Of a stretch of DNA of 64,000 nt, positions 50,544 through 62,048 are shown piece by piece. Under the pieces are notes generated by a model, which saw nothing but the letters and a program-made list of their open reading frames with translations, was not told the DNA's origin and did no database searches. A program made the position numbers and the translations under genes. Every line of letters starts with the position of its first letter. Position 1 is the stretch's first letter. Source of the DNA: Octopus sinensis (lineage: Eukaryota); assembly GCF_006345805.1 (NCBI RefSeq), contig NC_043005.1:108500001-108564000 (forward strand). Direction: 5' to 3'.

Positions 50544-52070
50544 TCTCTATATATATAAAACTGAGAATGTGTGTCTGTCTGTGTGTTTCCCTAAAACTTG
50601 AGAACTACACAACCAATTTCATTCAAATTTTACACATGACTTACTTAGAAAAAATGTTCAACTTCTTGCCTAGGGCGAGCCCATAGCAATACCATATCTT
50701 CTCTATTATTTCAGTATCACGTGTTAAAAGGGAAACAAAAACATCTCTCTATTTTATGTCAGATACTTTCACTTTAACAATAAAAATTAGAGATAATAAT
50801 AACAATTAAATTATATGTAGTAAGTAATAATTAAAATCAAACTAAAGTATGATATAATAATTAAATCGTAACATAACGATTAATAGTAAAAATAGCAATT
50901 GGTATAAAATTGCATCAATGACTTGAACTTGAATAAAATTTAAGTGCAGAAATAGAATAGTCCAGATGGAGCTGTGCACGGCTTTTACATTAGATTTTTA
51001 ATTAGCTAGCATTAAGTATCTATATGAGGTTTGGCTGTATGTAATGTCTGTTTTCTCGAATAGATGCTTCTACTGAGTATTGCTGTTGGTTTATTTCTGA
51101 TCCATAAAGGCCTATAGCTTCAACAGAGTATTGCTTTTTGATTCACTGAAAGGTTTGTTGTTATTATTATTACTGTTTATTGTTATCACGTTTGTTGGTT
51201 CCTCGTAAGGGAAGCGATGTTGTGTTGCATTTGTTGAATAATTGTAAACAGCAACCCTCCCCCTTTGGGAGAAAGAGCTTTGGTTATTGTTTAAAAATTG
51301 AATTGTGTCCCTGTTTGGGGAAATTGACAATATTTTCACCGTTTACACGGAAGCAATTTTGTTAAAATGTCTTCGATAGAAGAAAGTCAAAAAATGAATT
51401 TTGCTGCAGCCGTTGGCGGGCGGCGAACTCAGTAAAATTAAAATGGAAGAAATACAAACCTATTTCGGATTGATCACCGACTAAGACAGTGAATCTAGCA
51501 TAACACCACCAAACGAAATAAAAAATTAAATTAAAGAAAAGACTATTGTCTATAAAGTATACAATATAGAGGAAAAAAACGATTTGAACACCTGGAGGAA
51601 AGCACCATTGAAAAGTGTCTTAGGTGCGACTATGAAAGGTATCAAGTATCTAGCCAGAGGCGGTAAATTCGCCACAATAGAAGCAAGGTTCGAGTCAACG
51701 GAGCGTGCAAGGGAGTACTCGACTCGAACCTTGCAAAGTGGAAATAACTTATTTTTACTTTTATATCAGGGACGTAGGACGTCCCGGATAAAAATTTAAA
51801 ATGTCCCCCCAGAAGTAGAGGTAGGCTGGATTGTAGCCACACTTCCATACAAGAGGGAGGACAAGATACAATTGATCGAAATTGCAAGAGACGGGCCTAC
51901 AATTCCAGTCTGTTATATATTTTGAGTATTGTTATCACTAGCGATATCAAGATATAACTTTGTATTTTGTATTTTATGTGTAGATGTATATATATAGATG
52001 TACATATAATATGTACACATATATAAATGCACAAGCACTATGACCCGGCAACGCCGGGTCATAATGCTAA
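50544..52070 (+). mobile_element. Full-length non-autonomous Helitron (~1.53 kb)
   Basis: A|TCTCTATATATATAAAACTGAG 5' end; hairpin ATGACCCGGCAACGCCGGGTCAT then AATGCTAA|T 3' end; A-T target and no TSD. Confidence 0.88.
51367..51910 (+). pseudogene. L1/Tx1 ORF1 N-terminal fragment carried inside the Helitron
   Basis: KMNFAAAV...PPNEIK..KEKTIVYK...KYLARGGKFATIEARF...GRRTSRIK...PPEVEVGW aligns with the ORF1 at 13290-13780. Confidence 0.8.
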
Positions 52071-52424
52071 TTATTTATATTTTTGCGTTATTTATCGCTT
52101 TATTTAAGAAGCAATATAGGTTATAATTATCGTAGATCTAAGTTTCTTTTAATTTTACTTTATTTATCGAGTTCTCCCTTCTATAAACTACGTAAATAAG
52201 GAACATTATTTGTTAATTACTTTGAATAATATTTATATCAGTAACTTTAAATAAATGAGAAGTATTGTTACATTTTATCATTATATTGATAATTACTATG
52301 TTATTATTATATATAAATTATGTATATTTTCTTTGAGTAATTATAAATATTCGAAAAGTATTGCACATAAATCGATAGTTAGTTGATATACTAGAAATAT
52401 TATTTAGAGTAAAGATTGATTTAC

Positions 52425-52475
52425 ACGATATATTACCGTCTCTTAAACTAAGTTTAAGAGGCGGTAATATATCGT
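52425..52475. repeat. 25-bp-arm palindrome with 1-nt centre
   Basis: ACGATATATTACCGTCTCTTAAACT-A-AGTTTAAGAGGCGGTAATATATCGT (24/25). Confidence 0.9.
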
Positions 52476-52660
52476 CTAAGTAGGACTCTGATACTTCATT
52501 TATTTATACATCATTATTATATATTATTAAAATAGCCAGTGATTGTTTTCGACTGAAATCCATTTGAATTTATAGTGATCCTACAACGGCGCGCGCTCGC
52601 GCACCGTCCATTTGTATTTCGCGCGTGTTGGTGCCTTTACCAAGGCAGAGAAAGGAAGGG

Positions 52661-52900
52661 CCCTCTCGCGCATGCGCGAACCACCGGAAGCACGACCCGC
52701 TTGCCTATCGTGGTAGTTAGCGAGGCAAGGGGGTCGTAGAACGTTTGACCACTAGCAGCAGCAAGCGGCGACTTGGGACCCAGCGATTGAAGGCGGCGGT
52801 CACGATATATTTTCTCTCCGGTTGATAGCAGCAGTCGGCCGAATGCCTTTAACCAAATTGTTGCCGACCACATTCAACTTCCCTGTTCGACGCCATCTTG
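52661..52900 (+). promoter_or_regulatory. CpG-rich LTR promoter region with NRF1-, ETS- and YY1-like motifs (repeated in the 3' LTR)
   Basis: GCGCATGCGC (52668), CCGGAAG (52684), CGCCATCTTG (52891). Confidence 0.4.
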
Positions 52901-53177
52901 ACCCCTTTCTGGTTTAGCGGCTGGACATTGTAAATATTACAATCTATTAACTTTCAGCCTTGCGCGCCCAGAATCAAGGACATCAGATAACACACTTATT
53001 GTTATTGTTACCAAGAAAGAGAATAAAGTAGTAATATATATTTTACGTCTGCGTTTTGTTGTTTCTGACTGGTAGAATTCTGGATTATTAAAGCAACGGC
53101 TAGTGAGTGATTGCTTTCTTGTACCCCGAAAGTACAAGACAAGATATTCACACACACTCACTCTAAGTTTGTTTCAC

Positions 53178-53195
53178 TGGTGACCCCGAAGTGAT
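53178..53195 (+). other. Primer-binding site complementary to tRNA-Trp
   Basis: TGGTGACCCCGAAGTGAT versus the canonical tRNA-Trp PBS TGGTGACCCCGACGTGAT (17/18), one base after the 5' LTR. Confidence 0.9.
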
Positions 53196-54710
53196 TCTGG
53201 TCTAAAACCAGAGATCACTTAACAACAAAAAAATCCAGTTTTTCTGCGAAGTCGGAACACGATTTAACTCTACGCATTCATCTTTCGACGATTTGTTTCC
53301 GGCCACCACAAACAGTTGTAGAAGGAGCCTTTTTCTTATTCTACAGCCATGATGACGAACGCCATCACATCATCGATGCCTTTTCTCCACCTTCGTCATC
53401 ATCATCGTCGTCTGTCTACTTCACGTCGTCGCTATCTTCGTCGCCATCATCACTAAGAACGATGTTGTCCCAAGTCCACTACAGTCGCCTTCCACCACCA
53501 ACGTCGCCTTTCAACACCGTCGACCTCCACCAAGATGTACATAGCAACTCGCGGAAGTTTGGTCCACTTGCCGTTTGTGCATTAGCACACCAAGAATTCA
53601 CAGCCCAGCACTATCTACGAGATTTCTTCTGTTCCAGTTAACCTGTCACAGCATCGAAGCCACAACCGTTACACGATATGTGTTCAACCGGCATCTGCAT
53701 TTTGTGATTTCAACATTTCTGTTACAAAACGAACTGCTATTGTACATCAGGCTATTACAGACTGGTAAATTAATTCTTGTCTGGAATAGCCCTTGAGAGA
53801 CATTTTTTCTATGCGCTGTTTTTATATTTTTGCTCGCATTCACCTTGTATGTATTTCTGTCGCACACACGTACACACACATAAATGCTCTCTCTCACATA
53901 CATACGTCACACATGCTTTTCTCGCTTGTTTCTTTTCCATGCTAAATTTGCCTTTTGTGGACACCCCTCATTTCTATAGACCCTAGGTCGGTCACGTATA
54001 CATAGAGAGGGTTGTTTGTCCATTATGACGCGCCAGCATGTATACCTTTGTTCCTATACGAACGAAGCATATAATCGCTTAACCACTGGCATATTCATTG
54101 CTGCTTTCTCGGTCTGGCAAGCCCTATTGCATTTCATGCGCCTTTTGCTTCGCACGTGTATTGCCTTGAATATGCAACACGTTTGCGCTAGATTAATTCT
54201 TTTCCCGACTCATAGACGTCGGATGTTCACATGCGCTGCGCCATGTTTAGGCGTAATTATCTTTCCCTGTTAGACCACTGTTGGTCACGTAATTAACAGA
54301 GAAAATTATCTGTGTCGCGCATCACACCAGCATGTTTGCACCTTTGCCTTTTGTGTTACTAGCGAGTTCTGCCAATTCCATTTCCTCTCCTGCAGCAATT
54401 GATTTAACTGCTATTTCGCAGGATCAACCACCTTAGAGAAGTTGCATTTAATTTCGCCTAGGTTCATTAACTGTGAGTTTTGCATTCCCTCCGCTTCCTA
54501 CAGCGGAAGGCTCTATACTTTGTGACGTATACACTTTCATGCATGCACTCTTGATTTTGCTCATTGAGTATTTTTTCTCTTTTTCCTTTAGTAAATTTCT
54601 TGTGTATGTTATAAATTTTGCCATTATATTATTGTGTGCTATTTGGTTATCTGGTGTCCACCTTGAGTTTTGCAGTCACTACAATAAGTTTCCTTTCGTG
54701 CGTACGCACT

Positions 54711-54719
54711 GGAGGGGAG
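54711..54719 (+). other. Polypurine tract
   Basis: GGAGGGGAG, two bases before the 3' LTR. Confidence 0.8.
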
Positions 54720-55326
54720 CCTGTAGTGATCCTACAACGGCGCGCGCTCGCGCACCGTCCATTTGTATTTCGCGCGTGTGGTGCCTTTACCAAGGCAGAG
54801 AAGGAAGGGCCCTCTCGCGCATGCGCGAACCACCGGAAGCACGACCCGCTTGCCTATCGTGGTAGTTAGCGAGGCAAGGGGGTCGTAGTAGAACGTTTGA
54901 CCACTAGCAGCAGCAAGCGGCGACTTGGGACCCAGCGATTGAAGGCGGCGGTCACGATATATTTTCTCTCCGGTTGATAGCAGCAGTCGGCCGAATGCCT
55001 TAACCAAATTGTTGCCGACCACATTCAACTTCCCTGTTCGACGCCATCTTGACCCCTTTCTGGTAGCGGGCTGGACATAGTAAATATTACAATCTATTAA
55101 CTTTCAGCCTTGCGCGCCCAGAATCAAGGACATCAGATAACACACTTATTGTTATTGTTACCAAGAAAGAGAATAAAGTAGTAATATATATTTTACGTCT
55201 GCGTTTTGTTGTTTCTGACTGGTAGAATTCTGGATTATTAAAGCAACGGCTAGTGAGTGATTGCTTTCTTGTACCCCGAAAGTACAAGACAAGATATTCA
55301 CACATACTCACTCTAAGTTTGTTTCA

Positions 55327-55700
55327 AATTGATATTATTGGAGATATATAGAAACATTTTGAAAGTTGTAGATTTTCTTTAGTCTGTTATTTTTATTCTT
55401 TTATGGTGCTTGTTATGTACTTGAACAGTTAACGCACACGTCGCAAACAAGTATTTTGAATCAGTATTTTGCAACTTGGAATTTGGCCTGTCTTTGGAAC
55501 CAAAAACCGGAAGAGATTTGTATACAAGCATATAAATCAAATAATGTAAGTCAAAACAAATTGTTGCTTCTTTTGGTTTTTTAATATAATTTTGTATTTT
55601 GTCTTATATTTATATTATATTTATGGTATGTTATAATATATTATAAATAAATAAATAAATTGTTAGATTGTCAATTGTATTTCTCCAATTTATTGTTTAT
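55327..55700 (+). mobile_element. Diverged PLE pseudo-LTR-like sequence, split by the LTR element
   Basis: Similar to 58774-59174 (GATATTATTGGAGATATATAGAAA...; ...TCAATTGTATTTCTCCAATTTATTGTTT). Confidence 0.5.
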
Positions 55701-56584
55701 ATATGTATAAAGTAACAAACTAAGGAAAAGAATTCCTTCAAAGTGGTGTTTAAAACATCCAATTCACTGGTACATCAGTTGAATACCATATAAATATAGG
55801 TATAATTCAAACTACAAGCAAGAAATTAAATAGAGAGATACAATTGACAACCCAATAATTTATTTATATTATAGGATAATATACTATGGATATAATGTAA
55901 TATAACATGAACAATTATTAAAAAAACAAAAAGCCAACAATTTGTTTCAACTTATATACATTTTTTGATATATAAACAATTCAATTCCTTTATAAAAGTC
56001 TCATCAGAGCCAATGGTTTGAAGATGGACGAAATTCCGTGTGAAAGGACGGCTGGATTGTAAAAAAATTAATTCCAATGCCTATGTATTATGAGCTTGAG
56101 CGTTAACCATTCAACTACATATCAATTCCAATTAAAAACAATAAAATTATAACGGACAAAATAACTAAGTAAGTAGAATCTACAACTATCGTAATATATT
56201 TCTATATATTTCAAATAATATCAATCCAAACTCGTTTATGTTGAAAACAATCTTTCGCTATTACAATAACATACAACAACAATATATATGTATATAATTA
56301 AGTATCAGGGTCTTACTTAATCTATATAAATGATAATTATATTTTTAATATATAACTCCTCTATTTATTTAAAGCTATTGATATAAAAAGGATAGTTTAA
56401 GGCAACTAATAAAAAGTTTTCTTTCTTTATTTTCTATCGGAGGGAGAATTCCGTAATGAATATGAATAGAAACCTAACAAAAAATGTATTTGTTTACTTA
56501 ATTTATCGTAGGGAGAATTCCGCAATAAATATGAAGATAAATTTAGAGCTACAAACGCTATAACATAAATACCCCATAGACATA

Positions 56585-56935
56585 GAGTTAGGCAATAATA
56601 ATGGATATATATGGTTAGAGCGTCGAGCTTACTATCGTGAAGTTGTGAGTTTGATTCTCAGACCAGGCTGCGTGTTGTGTTCTTGGGCAAGACACTTTAT
56701 TTCATGTTGCTCCAGTTCACTCAGCTGTAGAAATGAGCTGCGATGTCACTGGTGCCAAGCTGTATCGGCCCCTTTGCCTTTCCCTTGGATAACATCTGTG
56801 GCGTGGAAATGGGAGGCTCGTATGCAACTTCTGGTCATTCATAAAAAAAAGAACGGTGGGACGACTATCGACCCAGACTTGTACTCTGGAGAGGAACCTC
56901 TCAGGTGCACCCATGGTCATTCTTGACTGACGGTG
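56585..56935 (+). mobile_element. tRNA-derived SINE family D plus LINE-like tail, within the PLE interval
   Basis: TGGTTAGAGCGTCG...GAGTTTGATTCTC...GTGTTCTTGGGCAAGACACTTTA...CAGCTGTAGAAATG. Confidence 0.6.
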
Positions 56936-56939
56936 TCGA

Positions 56940-57400
56940 GTTATATATACATATACACATACATATACATATACACATACATATACATATACACATACAC
57001 AAACACAAGAAAAAACATAGATGTATACAAACATACATATACACATAAATATATATACATATATACTCTATCCTCTATAGTCACATTATCGATAAATGAT
57101 ACACACACACATACATATATATACATACATACATATGAATATAGGGACTTACATAGACATACTTGTACACGTAAATATAATGCATACGCACACACATATA
57201 TACATACACATACATGCACACACACACACACACACACATATATATACAAATACATACATATGCATAACTACATATATATATATAGCATCAGATAGAAATA
57301 CAAACAACACATCCCATGTATACAAATACATACACATATATACACATGCATACATATAAATGGATACATACAAGTACAGATATACAAACTTAAAATTTTC
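56940..57400. repeat. (TACA)n/(CA)n/(TA)n tract
   Basis: Directly visible. Confidence 0.9.
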
Positions 57401-59189
57401 TAAACACATATTTAGACAAGTGTGTACAAGATAGAACACTTTCACATCTTTCATTAAGCAATTTCTTTTTAGATGTTAATATCTGATATAATTCATTTAT
57501 ACATAGGCTGTCTAGCATCATTTATTTTGCATGATCTAATGATCTAGCATGACCGTTTTCCAGTTTATGTTGTATAGTTTCTTACTGTCCTTCAGTTTCC
57601 AAATTTGCTTACTTAGACTAATATGTCAAACCTATCTCTACACCTAAAGGTGTGCTCATGGTTTGCAGTCCGTTTTTTAATAAAATTTTCCGTTGACCCT
57701 ATGTAAAAATAATTTTTTCGTTTCGAATCCACCTTACTTCTATATACAATATTGTTTCTGTAAACAAAGATTACTAAAATGACATTCATCCTTATATCTA
57801 TAATCACAATTTTTAGCTAGACCATTCCCTGTAATAGTATTATTATTTCTATTATTTCTAAACTTTTATTATCAAAGGAAAAGAAAATTCTAAAAACATG
57901 TTTAGATACTGAAAAACTTATTCAAATCCTTTTTCTATTAATTATTTTATAATATTTATGTTCTTCCTTAAAGTGCTTACATATGGATCTGTAAAAGTTT
58001 GACCAAATTCGTTTTTATTTGCCGTGCGTAAGGAATGATATGCCAAATATAATTATCTTTATTATAATTAGCATCATTAAGTATATCTGGGTTGGCATAT
58101 GGCGTATACTTATTATCATTAGACTTAAGTTTATTTATATACCTATTTTTATACAGAGTATATTTACTATACGTGCTCCTATTGAGATTATTACTATTGT
58201 TAATCATATCATTACTACTTACAAACAAATTGGATACATTTCTACAGTTAGATCTACTCATTTTGTTGGCAATCAATTTTCCATTATTATAATAAGGTTT
58301 ATTGGAGTTCCCATTCTTAATACAATATACTATTATAATCCAGTATCCTACTTTTTTAAGTGCATCATTATAATATTCGGCATTATTATTAAAGATTTCA
58401 TCATTGGAGGATAAATATGAAGCACGTTTCGAAATGTTAATAATCAAAGTTCTTGCGATCGCTTTAGGATGGTTATTATGAAAGTTGATAAATTTTAAAT
58501 TATAGTTGGATTTATGATATGGACTGTATAGGCCAGTAACAAGGTTCAGATTAACATCCAGGTAATTAACTGAATCATGTTCATTTTCTATAGAGATCGA
58601 TAAACCAAAATCATTTAAAGAACACTTTTAATAGGCTATTTTAAATAGCATTTTTTTAAATATCAATAACTTTAATAAATAGAAGAGTTATCATATATTA
58701 AAAATATAACTAATATTTATATTTTTTACACGTTTTATTACAGTTTCTAGATTATACTTAATTATATATTATTTTGGATTAATATTATTTGAAATATATA
58801 GAAATATATTTCGACAGTTACTTAATTATTTTGTCCGTTAAAATTTTGTTGTTTTTAATTGTAATTGTTATGTAGTCGAATGGCTAACGCTCACGCGCAT
58901 AATAGATAGGTATTTAGTTTAATCTTTTTACAATCTAGCCATCCTTTCACACGAAATTTCGTCCATCTTCAAACCATTGGCTCTGATGAGACTTATATAA
59001 GGTAATTGACTTGTTTATATATCAAACGATGTATATACATTGAAACAAATTGCTGGCTTTTTGTTTTTTTAACAATTGTTTATGTTATACTATATTCATA
59101 GTATATTATGTTAAATTATAATATAAATAAATTATTGAGTTGTCATTTGTATCTATCTGCTTAATTTATTGTTTATATATATATATATA

Positions 59190-59820
59190 TACATATATGG
59201 GTGCAGGACGCCACCAACAGTAAACAACATGAAAACATGAAATACGAAAATAAATAAATTAAATACGCAAACAACAAGAAAAAAATGGAAAGCAGGACAA
59301 GTGATACAGAGAACGACACTCCATCAGTTATCGGCTGTCTATCTACTCCTCAATTCGTGCAATCTACAACAATATGAGTCTTCGAAGACAGTTGATCCCA
59401 TAAATACAAAAATAAAATTTTGGATCTGTGGAGGGTCAAAGTTGGTAACGAAAACAGGACAGTGGAGACAAACAAGGAAACTGAACTTAAACAAACACGA
59501 ATGGTTGTTAGACGAGAACGATGAGTAAACAGGGAACGCTGAGAGAAATATTTTCTTTGAAAAAAGAAAAGATAGAAGAGAGCGATAGAAGACGTCTAGT
59601 CCTTAGAACGTTCGTGCAGGAAAAGAAATATGGTCACGTATGGAAAAGAAAGATGGACGATGGTCACGTGTGAGCAACGAGAGAGAGAAAAGAGAAAGAG
59701 GGGATAGAGAAACAGATAGAAAACAGTGAATGGGGGAAAATGGAATCAAAGAAGGTGGGGGAGAAAACAATATAGAGTAGAATCGCAGCAAAAAGGTTAA
59801 GAGAAACGTGGCGTTCAATG
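59190..59820 (-). mobile_element. Distant relative of the 29485-30745 element, opposite orientation
   Basis: Same architecture on the opposite strand: GTCACGTG followed by a purine-rich block, and an A-rich CAGTAAAC..ACATG..CAGGAC segment. Confidence 0.4.
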
Positions 59821-59858
59821 AAATAACAATATAAGTAATGTATATATGTATATATATA

Positions 59859-59934
59859 CTTTATTTAAAGCGGCAGAAAATTCTACAAAACAAAAACTTT
59901 TTTTTTGTAGTATTTTCTGCTGCTTTAAATAAAG
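59859..59934. repeat. 32-bp inverted repeat, TA-flanked
   Basis: CTTTATTTAAAGCGGCAGAAAATTCTACAAAA and its reverse complement (30/32). Confidence 0.88.
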
Positions 59935-60530
59935 CATATTACTCTACCACTGGTATTTGAGTACTCTTTTTTCCACCTTGTTTCACATTTATCTGTTTAC
60001 TCCGGTATGTATATATATATATATATATATATATGAGCATAGGACATCATCAAAAGTACACACCAGGAAATACGAATACAAATGAGTTAAATACACGAAC
60101 AACATAAGAAAAAATGGAAAACAGGACACATATATAAAATGAACAATAAAAGGAACACTACAAAGTAAACAAAGGTCGATAAATAAGCCAAAAGCTTTAA
60201 AACTTTGATGAAAAAGAAAGTCTCCTAACGTTTAGGATGTTAGCCCTTCATCAGAAGAAGGAAAAAAGCATCAGTGGAGTGAAAAATAAAAATAATCATT
60301 AAAAAACTGGGCAAGGGTTAGAAATCTGGTGAGAATGCTATGTACAAGGGAATTAAGGAGAATGAAAGGGTTTGATGAGTAGAGGAAATATAAAAGTATA
60401 TTTGTGTCTAGAAGTGGATATAAGGAGTGGTGGTAGTGGTGTGTGTATGTGTTATTGTGGGGAATGTACATGTATAGAAGTTTAAAAGTGTGGAAGTGTA
60501 GTCGTGTTCCCAAGCGGTATGTGTGTCATT

Positions 60531-60754
60531 GAAGGCAGCGAGCTGGCAGAAACGTTAGCACGCCGGGCGAAATGCGTAGTCGTATATCGTCTGCCGTTAC
60601 GTTCTGAGTTCAAATTCGACTTTGCCTTTCATCCTTTCGGGGTCGATAAATTAAGTACCAGTTACGCACTGGTGTCGATGTAATCGACTTAATCCGTTTG
60701 TCTGTCCTTGTTTGTCCCCTCTATGTTTAGCCCCTTGTGGGCAATAAAGAAACA
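60531..60754 (+). mobile_element. SINE family B with perfect 15-bp TSD
   Basis: TSD GGTATGTGTGTCATT at 60516-60530 and 60755-60769. Confidence 0.95.
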
Positions 60755-61513
60755 GGTATGTGTGTCATTATTAGCTGGGATGATAAAAGAGTGTATATGA
60801 GGAGGTGATAAGTGGTGTGTGCTGGAATAAGGGTATTGTTAAGAACCTGGTTTAGCAAGAATAATGTGGAAGCCGTTGTCAATGAATGTGCAAGCATTTA
60901 TCAAAAGTGAGTAGGGATGTGAAGGATTAAATTAAAATTTGAAATTGAGAGAAAGCTGTATGAATTCTACAGAAAAACAAAGTCAAAGAAATTGAAAAAA
61001 ATATCAATAATGGCAAAGCTCCAAAGAGTTTGGTAAACTGTCCTGAGTATTCCAAAAATCTGGTAAAATCCATAAAGAGAAAAAAATATTTGTGATTGAA
61101 AATCTAGTAAAATCTACATAATGGAAATAACTGTGATGAATTCTAAATATAATAATATACTAAGGCCAAATGCATCACGTGGTTAGCTGAAGGGAGAGGC
61201 AACGAATGATAGAAAAAGACAGTGGGAGAAAAGTGTTAATGATGTGTTGTAGTTTGGGGAGGAAAAGGTGAAGAGAAAGAAAGAAATGTTAAAGACATGA
61301 AGAGAGGAATTACATGGTTAAAAAGTGCTTAGCAGGGGGAAATTTTAAAATCATATAATATATTATTTTGACTGGAAGTGAAATAACTTAGGAAAATAGA
61401 AATAAAAACCATCCTTTCTTTCTTAAATAGCTTCTCTTAATCTTTATAGTTTGGTTGAATTCCCACAGGTCCCACTAATACATACATACATACATATATA
61501 TATATGTATAGAT

Positions 61514-61594
<81 letters not shown>

Positions 61595-62048
61595 GTAATC
61601 TGCTTGTTCTTTCACTCGTTATAGATTAGTTAGTTCGAAAGGTGAAGGTGGAGTGAGTGAGAGGTGAAGAAGGATGTTGATAGAGAGAGAGGGAGGAGTG
61701 AAGAAAGATGAGAAGTAGAAAAAGGTGATTAATATTAATACACTTAGGCCCAGTGGTCATTTGGTCAGTTGAAGGTAAAGGCAAAGAATCAGAGAAAAAG
61801 GAGAAAGAAGTGTTAATGGCATAGAGTGGGGTGGGGAAGAAATATTTATTACATGGTTAAAAAGTTAGCTGAAGGGAGAGGTAGATAGAGAGAGAGATGG
61901 ACAGGGGAAGTAGTTATATTGAGAGAGGGAGAGAAAGAGACAGAGAGAGAGAGGCAGATAGCAGTGGTGGGGGTGAAGGTGTGGGTGGTGTGTTGATACT
62001 GAAAAGTATATTTTTATTGAACTAATTTTTTTATAGCGACCATTGCAT

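Larger units (their letters stand above)
52571..55326 (+). mobile_element. Complete non-autonomous LTR retrotransposon (Gypsy-like by TSD length)
   Basis: LTRs 52571-53176 and 54722-55326 (TG..CA; the 5' LTR starts TA), PBS, PPT, 4-bp TSD AATT (52567-52570 / 55327-55330). No recognisable gag or pol. Confidence 0.93.
55815..59174 (-). mobile_element. 5'-truncated Penelope-like element with inverted pseudo-LTRs (55815-56229 and 58774-59174)
   Basis: RT C-terminus open over ~58627-57977 (VNYLDVNLNL..NNHPKAI..KRASYLSSNDEIF..YNDALKKVGY); GIY-YIG at ~57850-57610 (NCDYRYKDEC...NIVYR...YIGSTENFIKKR); ~400-bp inverted terminal repeats. Confidence 0.88.

Noticed and set aside
52637-53161. ORFs duplicated in both LTRs
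   Set aside because: They are short, GC-driven and have no homology; the duplication is explained by LTR identity.
57922-57924. In-frame TGA in the PLE linker as selenocysteine
   Set aside because: It aligns to a Lys/Arg position (NTVKVSYSC-like motif), not a conserved Cys; most likely a nonsense mutation.
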